A stretch of DNA of 61,564 bases, filler included, from Sphacelaria rigidula (lineage: Eukaryota): the NCBI GenBank assembly GCA_964200075.2. It is 5 parts of 5 records of this genome, joined end to end, with 100 filler letters (N's around TTAATTAATTAA, not from the genome) between each part and the next. Parts side by side here need not be neighbours in the genome. Positions count along the whole stretch, not along the records: positions 37,001 to 49,232 come from CAXNAA020003978.1; positions 49,333 to 61,564 come from CAXNAA020003979.1; 3 more parts are not named here. One strand, 5' to 3'. The notes under the pieces were generated by a model. That model was not told the DNA's origin, made no database searches, and worked only from the letters and a program-made list of their open reading frames with translations. The position numbers and the translations under genes are program-made. Below are positions 39,205 through 50,622 of the stretch, piece by piece (positions within the stretch are counted from its first letter, which is position 1; every line of letters starts with the position of its first letter).

Positions 39205-41750
39205 ATGTTTGCCAGGGTGATTCGTGTAGTTCATACGTCCCCAGCTTGTATGCAGCGGCTCTTGCTCTGGCGGAGGAGTGCAGGGTCACGGCGGCGAATC
39301 TGGAGGCGTTGCAGGAAAAAATGATGCTTCAACGGGTAGTAGTGGCGGGGCTGGGACGAGTTGCTGGGCAATCGGCGGGGGCGACAGGGAGACTCGTCAC
39401 TGGCGCGACTCAGAATAAACATGGACTAGCTCCCCCGTGAAGTGTTGGCGACAGCTGCTGGTGCGACGAATCTACATGGAGCACCACATGCACGGCTTCT
39501 CTGCTGACCTGTTGGTCCCCGACGCAGCCGAACGTGAAATGCCAAGGAGTGAGCTGTGGAGGAAATGGAGCACAACTCGAATACGGTGAGGTAAGCAATC
39601 ACTCCAGTCTATTTACGTTGCGCACTGACCCAGCTTTATCGTGATTTGATGCAGGTCAAGGTGAACCTTATCGCTGCCGAACTACGACCCTCCGATGACC
39701 GTATGAAGGAGAAAGTGGGTGCGGGCATTGAATGCTGTTGTCGTCTCTTTTTCATTTTGTTCATCATTGCGAAGATTTTGGCGAGGAGTGTGCTTTTGCT
39801 GCTTTGTGACGATTCACAAGGTCGTATTCTGCGATTCAAAAGCGCCTGCTCGGTAACGTCATGTGATATTCTTCTGCTGAAAATTGCGTCATGTGTCCGT
39901 CATCATTCCTGCAGTGCGTAATGTACTTGGTGCGGCAGGGTATGAGACCCCCTTCTTTGCTATGAAGTGCTTGCAGATGTCACTATCCGGCTTCAATCCT
40001 GGAGAATGCGAGAGAGAAAGAATTGGTTCAAGCCTACGGTCTACCCTTCAACATAAAGCCGCGCGCCTCACGATCGATAACCTCATCCGACTCTCGGAAA
40101 GAGCGCCGGACTGTACCTATTCTCAGATGGAGCTGATGAAACAAATCACTGCCCGCAGTGTCTAGCTCTCTTCGGCAAGATCAGGACGTGTCACGAGTTG
40201 GCGGGCGTCAATCTCAACACGCAGGAGCAGGACCACTCCAAGAAAAAACAAGTTTTCGTTGTCTGAATATGATGGACTGTGATTTTTTTGCTTTCACGGT
40301 GACCCTCGTGAATTAGCTCGAGAACCAAGCCACCAACCGCAGGTTGGTGGATTGCCTCGTGGAGAGCGTCACCGGGCACTCCACTGGAAAATGCAATGTA
40401 GTGGGACGTAAAAGAAGGGACGTAAAAGAAGTATTTCCCCTCATGCGTTTTCTTCGTTGGTTCGATGGAATTGCCGTGGCGCTTTTGAGTGCAAGACTTA
40501 GTTTTGAAAGGCTCAAGGATGATGACTTTTGTTCGCAGCTCCTCTTGCCGATGCACGAAGATGCTTCGCGAGGTTTACAATTGAAAGGATCGGTGCTACC
40601 GTCTTTTGTGCTGTACATTGCAATATGGTGTCCGGATGTTGTGGAAGGCGATTTTGTGCGCTTCAGGAACGTACGTGCACGAGGTGGGAGTAGCGGTCAG
40701 TGATATAATGTGATACTGTCTAGTAGACCATCGATGAGCTTGGTCGACATGCATGTCTCGCTTTGAACCGCTGTACGACCTGGGCCCGTCAAAAGCCATT
40801 TTGTTTCGATCGACCAGGCTTGTACAGCGAGAGTTTCCGGACTCGGGAGCTCTTTATCTATATATCAAACGATCGATGCAGGCAAAGTGACCGCAAGTTC
40901 ACGAGGGGGGGAAAGTAGGAAGTTGAAGCCATTTGAAGTCGATCTGCCATACCCCGTACATGAGGCCGCGAAAGCCGACCTCCACACCAGCCCACAAACT
41001 ATCACGAGGAAATGCTTGTGCATCGCGAGGCAGCTGGTCTCAGACCACATCAAGTGCCCCATGGGGGCGGAATTGACGGATGTTGTCCCAACCGTAGCAG
41101 TTTCCCAGCTACTCGGTGCGCTCGACAAGTACCATCTTGATTCGTACGTAGATATTGCCTCTCGAAACACACCACTATCCTGCAGGGGGGGGTACCGAGG
41201 CTTCACTCCAATCAACGACGAAAAAACAAAATTCCTCCGTTTTTTCTATTGGTACCGTGTAGAATATCCTCGGCAAACTTTGGAATAGATTTCCTCAGGG
41301 CGGGCGATTCATTCCATATTTGTCTTGCAGTCGCTCGGTGATCGTGGGTACGGATTATCCAGGGCGTCACCAGGGTTCACGGCTAGCCGAGCCGATCGTA
41401 ATTAGTTTTTTCCTTCACCGCCTGTGCACGGCTGACTTCGAGGGATCACGACCTGGAATGTCGGCACAGGCGTGTAAACTGCGGAAAGTAGCCGAACATT
41501 CGACGAACAAAACATATCTCCAGCAAAGTGCAGCAAATTAAAGAGCAAGTGATCCTGCGAAAGGGTGGGGGGGGGGGGAGGGGGTAATTCGATAATTTTG
41601 TTGTGTCAGAGGACTCACCACACTCGGGGTGCGCCTTGTTCGGGTGAATCCCGTATCAAGCAGTATGAAGCACTGTGTCTTACTGATGGCAAGGGCTTTC
41701 AAACAAAGGTTGCTGCTTGTGACAACGATATGGCGTGGCATTTTCGTGCA
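39205..41750 (+). pseudogene. POT1-like (telomere ssDNA-binding) OB-fold gene, disrupted
   Basis: A single frame 40344-41288 is broken by TGA at 40701 and 40764 and ends at TAG 41286. Motifs occur in POT1 order: VKVNLIA..LCDDS..DILLLK (OB1-like), DCLVESV..LRWFDG..VVEGDFVRFRNVR (OB2-like), VSQLL..KFLRFF..VEYP..FVLQSLGD..FF..ADF..RIKQY (OB3-like). Splice sites are visible at 39591 (gtaag) and ~39654 (cag). Confidence 0.55.
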
Positions 41751-43056
41751 AAACCCCCCCAAATACCCACCACCCATCCCTTCCCTTTATCCTGGCCCCC
41801 TGGCGCGCCCTCTCCACAAAGGGCGTGAATCAACACTATTAAAACATCTGACCACCCGAATTACAACAACTGACATCTTTTCAAGGTCGACTCAACTGTT
41901 AGTCACTGCATTTTATAAGGTCCTAGTGAAACTCTTGTCTCTTGGTTCGGGTACGTGGGCTGAGCAAACCATTTCGTGATTATTCCCTACGGAATATGGT
42001 TTTCGACCGCGGGTACAAAAGTATGTGGCTTGCACCATGATGATCCCGAAGAGTTGCTGCTGTCGGTTTCAAACGCCCTGCACTTAATTGTGTGCCGAGG
42101 CGTCATTGCGAGAGTTCCGCCCATTGAATGTCCGTGAAGCATCTGACGAGCGTTATTGTATGCAACTCACAGTCATAGGCTTTCATTGAGGTTCATCAAT
42201 GGACATGAGATGAAAAGATTCTCGTTTAATAAGGATCGTGAGCGTCACCCTACCCCACCCAACAAAATACAGCTATATTCAAAACTGCTGTTCAACACGG
42301 CAGCAACTCAGGAAATTCACCAGACTGCGTATGTGTGTGTATGTGTGTATGAGAGAGGGAAATAGAGGGAAGAGAGGAAGTCAAGAGAAAGGGTGTGTGT
42401 GTACTCGGTGCTGCCGAAAAGTGCCGTAAGGCTTCCGGGACTGTCGCGCATACAGAGCTGTGTATGAGCTTGAGCTGAAAAGCGGTGCAGTTCATCCGGG
42501 ACTGTCAATCACGAGCAGAGGTGACGGGCAGCTTTCACGGGTGTGGTTCCAGATATGCTCGTGCAGGAAGAAACGGTCACAATCAACAACTACCTGTAGT
42601 CTCGGTTTGACAAAAATAACCACTATTATTGTCATCACCTGTTCTCATACCATTATTTTTTCGAGAACTATCTTCACCCTCCCTGCTAGCCTGTGACCAC
42701 GGAAGGCGTCCGCATAAGATGCCCAGTATCAATGTACCGCGCAGATATCGGAACGCTTTTAATGTGAAGACAACAACAACAACAACAACAACTCCCGAGT
42801 GGTAAACTATACTGCTGATCAGAAGTGAGTATCACTTGAAAAAATCAAGTTTGGGAAAGTGATTGCCTCCACAACGACCAATGCTGATTCTAATCGACAG
42901 CCCGTATTGTCCAGTTCGAAGCCCAGATCTTCACACAGGCACAAATATGCGACGGTTCTGGAAGTGGCCGTTACTCCAATATCTCTGTACTGCTGCGGAC
43001 AAGACGCAACGAGGTAGCACAGCGCCGACACACCGAGTCACGAAAACCCATGCATA

Positions 43057-43590
43057 GACACCCATCCCACTCACGCGCATCAGCGCAGGCGCTAGCTCTC
43101 AATCATCTACACACGGTAGTCTTCGTTCGACGGAAATCCGTCCAGTAAATAATGAGTGGCGGCCACGTGCGTGTCAAATAGCGACCAAAAACGTGCCGTT
43201 GCTGGCTGTTTGTGAGCGTGTGCTGTGTGCGCGTCTAGCCCAAAAAAGGATTCATCATTGAATTCTGAACCGAGCTGAGCATGGTCACGCAGAGCATGCT
43301 GAGCTGATGACCAGCAATGGACGGAGCGGTGTGTTCTGGTTTGCGAGGGCAATGCGATCCTTGAGTTCACGTTTGATTGTGTTGCTTTGTCTGTCAAGCC
43401 TTCGGTTATGCCCCTGTCAACGGGACGTTTCATGTTCGCGTTCGAGCTGTCATACAATTACTTTCGCAAGAGTGATTTTTTGGCTTTTTTTTTGTGGGGG
43501 GGGGGGGAGTCGCGGCAACCAATCATCGACCGTTTTTCACGTGAGTGTTTTTTTGAAAAGTGATGAGCACTTCTGATAAGACCCCGCCTA
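43057..43590. repeat. Dispersed ~530-bp repeat, copy 2
   Basis: Collinear with 37077-37630, same orientation. Confidence 0.8.
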
Positions 43591-43738
43591 ACAGCACCCC
43601 AACATCATTTATTTCCGTCAACCATAGATTTTCGACCAAAGCGTACTCGTGATGTACACATTTTTTCCAAACGACCGGAGAATACATCAGAGACGGTCTG
43701 GTGTCGGATTTGGTGAAACAGTTCGCTGCACACGAACC

Positions 43739-43963
43739 GGTCGCCCCAGTGGCTCAGGCGGTAACCTCGAAACCCTCTGACAGTTGAGTCGTGTTCGGAT
43801 TTCGGAGCGATCTGGGATTTTTTCTCACACAATGCCCAATAGCGGAGAGCGATTGTGTCATGGGTACACAAAATTCAACGGAATGGCCTACGAGGGAAAG
43901 GTACTGCTGAGCCCCTCTCGCGAGAAAAATAAGGAGTCAAGCACGGCAGAGAGAAGCTGGAGA
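43739..43963 (+). mobile_element. tRNA-derived SINE
   Basis: GGTCGCCCCAGTGGCTCAGGCGG (A box)..GTTCGGATTT (degenerate B box); the body is the reverse complement of 8509-8930. Confidence 0.8.
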
Positions 43964-44724
43964 ACTACAGGTGGCGACAGCACTTAAGAAATTACCTATT
44001 AAGGAACCGAGGCTCAAAATTTTCAGATTGTAAGAAATTGATGCTAAGAAATTTTGCCGAGATCGGAGCGAAAATAAGGACAGGAAATTGAAAGATGCGA
44101 GAGGCTCGGTGGATAAGAAACCTGTATCGACACTGCAGCCTTGAGAAATAAACAATTGGTCCCAGACCCATTAGCCCCTCGATGCAAGGATGCTCCACTA
44201 ATCTCTACCCCCCCCCCCCCCCCCAAAAAAAAAGGCCTCCCAGAAATTCACCGTTGCACGTGTGCGGGAAGTAAGAAATTGGCTGTAAGAAATTATGCTT
44301 GGCTCGGCGATCAGGATAAGATTTGAGCCTCACCTCAAATTAGAGTTTCTCAAGTAGTGGCGCCCCCTGTAGAGCAAAGGTATAGACCGGCGTCCAGAAT
44401 AGATGGGACGACATTACACACACGCATACGCACACACACAGGATCGTTTTCTGCAAGGGTGTCGTATTGCACAGTAGTGAGGCCGAGGAGCAGGCAGCAC
44501 GCAGCGAGTCATCGTCAACCGAAGATTTCCGGCCAAAGCTTAAGGTCTGCATGCTTATTAATCTTCAGGACATGAGGACAGGAACGATCTGGTATCACAG
44601 ATGGGAGCATACCAACGTGCGAACAGAAACGGTCTAGTATCCCTACACGGAGGGTCGTTTTCTGCAGGGGTGTTTTATCTCTTAGTAGTGAAACCGCAAA
44701 CCAGGCAGCAAACAGTGAACCATC

Positions 44725-44990
44725 CTTGAAGAATTGCATCGTACCGTGGTTCCCTAGGATATAATACCCTGAGTGCAGTACACATCACAGTATAAGATAA
44801 TGCAGAGGGAAATGCATGATATGAATAGTACAGTCATCAGTATTGCGGGAACAATGTAAGTGCAACTGGAGTGCAGTGCCGTACATCACCCTACTAGTTC
44901 AAAGACAAGAGGGAGCAGGACACAACCTCACTGCTCGTTACGGTGATACAACGAACTGCAGTGGAGTGCAGTATTACCATCGCCACAGGG
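44725..44990. repeat. Dispersed repeat, diverged direct copy of 48615-48880
   Basis: Shared TCGTACCGT..CCCTAGG, AGTGCAGTGCCGTA.ATCACCCT, CGTTA.GGTGATACA and TATTACCATCGCC.CAGG. Confidence 0.7.
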
Positions 44991-45527
44991 TACGGCGGCA
45001 ACCATCCTTTTCCGCCTGTCGAACAACCCTGTGTGCATGGGTGGTTACAGTTTGTGCTGGCATGACACTGTCTGCTGCCGCGACTTCAAAAAGGTCAAGC
45101 GCCTCCTGCCCTATCACCGCACGTCACCGTACGTATGTCACATGTGGACATCTTGCTCTCGCCGTAGGGTACATGAAAGCGGCACAATACAGAGGGTGTG
45201 TAAAGGGTCCACAACGGGTTCTATACCTTGATGGAGGGTCGCCAGAGGGTCCTAAGAAGGTGAAGGTTATATACCTTAGAGGGGGTCGTCAGAGGGTCGT
45301 GAGAATATTCCATACATTGTGGAGGGTCGCTACCAGGTCTCTAGCTTCAGAAGGTGTTCCGAGAATGGGGCAAAGCGTCCACCCGTGGTCACCTTCTCAC
45401 AGAAGGGGGGTTCATTTTCCCTCGATTTGGATCGAAATCGGGAAGCATAGTTGACAGATCGAGAAATCCCATTTTTCTTTAGCTTCCCCGATCTGGATCA
45501 TGTTGGGGGCCCTAATCAGTCTCATTA

Positions 45528-45998
45528 GACCGACTCTAATGGGAGCCGTTCAGAATTAATGGTGAAAACTGCCTTTTTGGCCCTTCTCTGTCGTTATACG
45601 CCTGAAAAGATGTCTAGGCGCATGTTGACGCCTTGGAATGACTTGCTCCACTCTAAAGACCGTTCCAGGGCAATTTTGCATTTCCCGCTGGCCGCACTTT
45701 TTTTTTGGCCGAACACGCATTTTCAATAAAAAATGGTTGGGTGATCAAAATACTGGCAGCTGACTCCCCTTGCTTATCAATCACTCGACCGGTTTTTATC
45801 GATGATGCGTGTTTGGCCAAAAATACAACTGCGGCCAGCGGGAAATGTGGAGTTGCCCTGGACCGGTCTCAACGAGTAGAGCAAGTCATTCGAAGCCATC
45901 AACATTCGCCGGGGCCTTTTTTCGGGCGTAAATCAATGGAGAAGGGCCCAAAAGGCAGTTTTCAACAGGGATTTTGAAAGGCTCCCATTAAAGTTGGC
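45528..45998. mobile_element. Fold-back MITE, ~220-bp arms
   Basis: TAATGGGAGCC..GAAAACTGCCTTTT..GAATGACTTGCTC..CATTTCCCGCTGGCCGCA pairs with TGCGGCCAGCGGGAAATG..GAGCAAGTCATTC..AAAAGGCAGTTTTC..GGCTCCCATTA. Confidence 0.85.
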
Positions 45999-46214
45999 GT
46001 TTCTAGACCGACTTTTAGGGCAACGAATCTCGATTTCGTGGAGACCCCCGCTTCTTCGAAAACAGGGAGACTCATATTTCCAAACTCAAAATTGGAGAGA
46101 CCGTTTGATGGTGTTACATATTTGTGAATTAGTTCTGTACACAGTCATTTTCTGCACGCGTGTGGTATCGTGTACTCGTGAAGCCGAAGAGCAGGCAGGC
46201 GGCGATTAATCCTT

Positions 46215-48606
46215 GGACAACGGCCTAGAAAGAATATACCTTCTCGTAATTTGCCCAAGAAAGGTACGAAAACAACCAGAAACGCCAAAACAGCAAAACA
46301 CACAACCTAGACCGATTTCGCTTCTAACTATTCGCGCGCAACAATCGGGGGGCTCCTCGGCACCCGGGCCTCGGAACAAACCCCAGAGAGAACACGTTAC
46401 TCGCGGGATATGGCCATGCGCAGAAGGACGTCTCGCCTCGAGAAACCACTTTCCCTTTCTAATCGGCCAAAGTTCGACCAGGTACACCTGATCTAATATA
46501 TATTTCATTTGTACTGTATCTAGGCCAGCAGTCGGCGCAAAACGTACCTGTCCTGGTTAATCTCTTCCCACACTCTACCTGATGCGGCACACTAGGCGCA
46601 AGAGAATCCGCACGCCAACTCCAACCATGGCGCCCACACGTTCGGCTCTTTCCCCGCCCCTTCGCCGTTCACGAACGCCACAAAAACCACATGTCACTAA
46701 CCCTAACGCCACAACCATTGCGTAAATACGGGACATGACACCAGCCCCAAATCGCAACAGCACGTGCTACCGAACACTCCGCTAGCACAAAAATGACCGA
46801 CGCGTTGTGAGTTTCGAGTCCAGTTTTGTATCGATACGGAGAGACTCGGGGACCATTTCCGGGAGAAAAGGGCGAGGTCGCTGTGGCGTTCGTGAACGGC
46901 AAATGGGCGAAAAAGAGCCGAACGTCTGGGCTCCATAGTTGGAGTTGGCGCGTGGATCCCCTTGCGCGCAGTGCCGCAGCAGGTAGAGTGTGGGAAGCGA
47001 TGGCCCACGACAGGTACTCTCTGAGTCGGCTGGTGGCCCGGACAAGGTACGATTGAAAAAAAGTCCTAGATGAGATATACCTGGTCAACATTTGCAGGGA
47101 TGTGTACGGATTAAGAATAAATCTGCGGATCGGATTATTACGGTGCCGTTTGACAAACCGCACTGCCCCGTGGCATTCGTAGGTGGCGGATATCCGCTCC
47201 GCTCCGTACCGTTTTTGAAAAATCCGCTCCGCAAAAATTCGCGAGTGTTCCATGTACGGATATCGACTTTGCTCCGTGACAAATAAAAAAAAGTTTTTTT
47301 TTCGTATGAATTACAGCTGCGCGTTTGGTCCATGAAACGCGGTTTCTCGCGCGGAGCGGTTCTGTCCACCCCACAGCTCATCCATGCGTTCTTCGTAGCA
47401 TAAGTTACGGATCGAACCGCCGAAAGGCCATGGATTTCCACGAACGAAATTGTTTCAAATGCTGGATAACTTGAAATTCGAAATATAAAGAATAATGCTC
47501 TTGACAAGCGATTCGCCGATGCGGTTCTGAAATTCTACTGCGAATCATGCAAACTGCGGTTTGCACGACACACACACAAACAAAAAATCAAAACACGGGG
47601 GGGAGCGGACCTCGGGAGCTTGATGCCATGGATTCCAATACCGAGCACAGTGCCGAGCAATCTCTTCCTCCAGAGGCTCAGGAGGTGTGCACCTCCACAC
47701 CCGGTCCTGATTCTCCTCCTTCTCCTCTACGTGAGAACTCTTCCGATTCTACAGTACCCACCCTCACACCTCCCGCCAAGACCGTAGAAAGCGTTCGACG
47801 CACGGTGGTCCATGCGGCGGTGGACGCTGGTGCTAGGGTAATCTCAGGGGTGTGGCTACGCTTCCATTAGTTTGACAAGGGACGCGACACTTTTCCGCCG
47901 TCCCCCCTGTCCAGCATCTGGAGGTACCAGCAAAATGACTCTTTTCGTACTTCTTGGCATTTATCCGCGGGTTTCCATACAACTTTCGCGGACAACTGTG
48001 TCATTTCAACGAATTATTGCCACGGTGCACAGTGGGGAAATGCCGCGGTTTGTGCGGTTTGTTCCATGGAGGGGGAGAACCCGCTCCGTGAAAAAATCCG
48101 TGCGACGGACATCCGCTCCGCAATAGTCTGTGCTTTTGAAGCGTGTGGATATCTGCTCCGTGACAATTCGTCATTTTTCTCACTAGCGGATATCTGCTCC
48201 GCGATACTCCGCGACACTTTCAGTCGAAGGTATTCGCTCCCTCATACTCCGTAATCTTTTGCATTTCCGGATATCCGCTCCGCTCCGTGAGGATAGAAAA
48301 AAATAAATCCGCACCACGGAGCGGATTGTCCTTCGTACACATCCCTGGAAATTTGGCCTAGAAAGGGAAAGTGGTTTCTCGAGGCGAGACGTCCTTTTGC
48401 GCATGGCGGTATCTTGCGAGTAACATGTTCTGTGTGTTTTTTTTTCGAGGCCGGGGTGTCGAGGAGGCCCCCGATTGCTGTGCGTGAAAAAATTGGAGTG
48501 AAATCGGTCTAGATTGTGCGTTTTACTGATTTCGCGTTCCTGGTTATTTTTCGTACCTTCCTTAGGCGAACTACGAGAAGGTATATCTTTTCTAGGCCGT
48601 TGCCCC
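46215..48606. mobile_element. MULE-like fold-back element with ~470-bp inverted arms; right arm split by a hAT insertion
   Basis: 46215-46683 is the reverse complement of 46882-47094 plus 48348-48606. The flanks TAATCCTT / TAATCCCTT suggest an 8-9-bp TSD. Confidence 0.85.
47095..48347 (+). mobile_element. Non-autonomous hAT-like element with a transposase N-terminal remnant
   Basis: Perfect 14-bp TIR CAGGGATGTGTACG/CGTACACATCCCTG; 8-bp flanks AACATTTG/GAAATTTG (6/8); repeated subterminal ATCCGCTCCG motifs. ORF 47628-47870 ends in SGVWLRF, like the start of a BED finger (SxVWxHF). Confidence 0.8.
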
Positions 48607-49232
48607 TAATCCCTTGAATGCAGTGTCGTACCGTTGTACCCTAGGGTAATACAGTGCAGGAGACTCCATCATTACAGTACATGGTAATGCCGTGTGGTAG
48701 TACATGATGGCACAGTCGGTATCGCGAGAACAGAGAACAGTGTGCGAGAAGAGTAAGGAAGTGCAGTGCCGTAGATCACCCTGCAAGTACAGCGACAACA
48801 CAGTAGGGTAGTACAGTACGTTCGTTATGGTGATACATACAACAGCGCAGTCCAGTATAACATATTACCATCGCCGCAGGTTTTTTTTTATCCTTCCCGA
48901 CCTCCTGGCCTGCTCCCTGCGGGGGTGGGCCGAGGACCGCTAGTGATCTTAAACCACACACACAAAGACCACCAAACCAACGAAAGCGGAGCAAGGAAAG
49001 GTAAGGGACACGAACCCTAGCATCGTGTCGACGTGGGCTCTGAGGTTTGGGGCGATAGGAGATACAGGGGTCGTGAGACACAGTGTAACTCATATCGCAC
49101 TAAATTTTTCAATACCACCCCCTTCCTCCGACTGCCCATACTGGGGTGGGCAGAAGTCCACCTGTGATCTTCGACCACCATTCAAAGATCAGTCAACGAC
49201 GGTGGAGACACGAGTACGAACCTCGTATCGAC

Positions 49233-49332
49233 NNNNNNNNNNNNNNNNNNNNNNNNNNNNNNNNNNNNNNNNNNNNTTAATTAATTAANNNNNNNNNNNN
49301 NNNNNNNNNNNNNNNNNNNNNNNNNNNNNNNN
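49233..49332. other. Artificial N linker
   Basis: N-TTAATTAATTAA-N, 100 nt. Confidence 0.97.
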
Positions 49333-50385
49333 GGAGGCGGCCGGGGTTGAGGCGGGTGTGGGTATCACCACATAGGGGGAGAAAATTCCCACACACAAGT
49401 GTCCATACGTCGGACGAGCACGAGCATGACTCGTGGCACTCGCAGTCGTTGGGCTGCTGGTTGGCCGTTTTTGGAGGTCTTCGAGCACTCGATCCGTTGC
49501 TCGTCGGGGGAAAAATTAACAGGGCGAGTACTCGAGTCATTGTTCGTTGTGGAAAAATCGATAGGGTTCGCGAGAACTCGAGTCATGCCCGTTGTGTTTT
49601 CAAAAAACATACAACGAATGCACTCGTTACGACGAGTAATGACTCGTCCGAGGTGTGCAAGTGTCCGTCGAGGAATCATGTTTTCACATTTTGCGGCACT
49701 GTGAGATGACCTCTTCGTATCGTCAGTGAGGAAGCGCTGCTTCGCTAGGTTTGAGGATGTTCATGAGGGTGGACGTTCCCAAAGGATCTCCAAAGCGAGG
49801 CGTATTTTTTCTCTTGATATGTAGGCAAGTACTGGCCATGACCTAGTTGGTGGGTGGTTGGAGTCAACCTGTCTTGCGCACAGAATAGTCCGAGTATAAA
49901 ATGAAGCCCCAGGGGCCAATATCTGGGGCCGTGACTTGCATTTACAGTCGGGGGAAATCCGTGTGACGGGAAGTGAAAACAGATATAACATGGACAGTGG
50001 GGGGGTCTAAGGGTTCGCTCTGAGACCATGTGACGGTTTCGCGAAGAGCGGCGCGGTGTTGTGACTCCCCAGGGCTCGACAGCGGCTCTTGTTATGTTGA
50101 ACTATTTCTACCGTCGACATGTTGTAACGTAGGGTCCTAGAAATTCGGCTGTACAGATATGAGAGTTTCAGGCCTCCCTTCACACGGCCCGAGGTTGGAT
50201 GGAACTGCTCCTGTAGTGGCCTCGTCATCGATTTGCATGCCATACGAGTAATAACTCCGCACACATACACTAGAGTGGCTTCCACATATCAAAATTGTAG
50301 TGTATATAGAATACTGTACTGCAGATTCGTATATATGCTGCTTGCTGTTTGTGACCGATGTCCAATACTGCAATACTGTAATATG

Positions 50386-50420
<35 letters not shown>

Positions 50421-50622
50421 TCTTTTTTTTTTTTTTTTTTTTTTTGTGTCTTCTTTTTGCTTCCGCTGTTGGTGCGGGNNNNNNNNNNATACTTTTGTCC
50501 AATTTTTTATTTATTGTTTTTGTTTTTTGTATACTTTTCCTAATTTTTTTTTTTTTTTTTTTTCCCCCCCCCCCCCCCCCCCATTTGTTTTTGTTTTTTG
50601 TTTTATCCCCTCGTGGATCCAG

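Noticed and set aside
40344..41288. Stop-codon reassignment or selenocysteine read-through
   Set aside because: The disrupted genes contain all three stop types plus frameshifts, and the intact genes end in a normal TGA.
50387..50582. Long poly-C/poly-T tracts as a functional element
   Set aside because: They flank an N gap and are probably low-quality sequence of an intronic pyrimidine tract.
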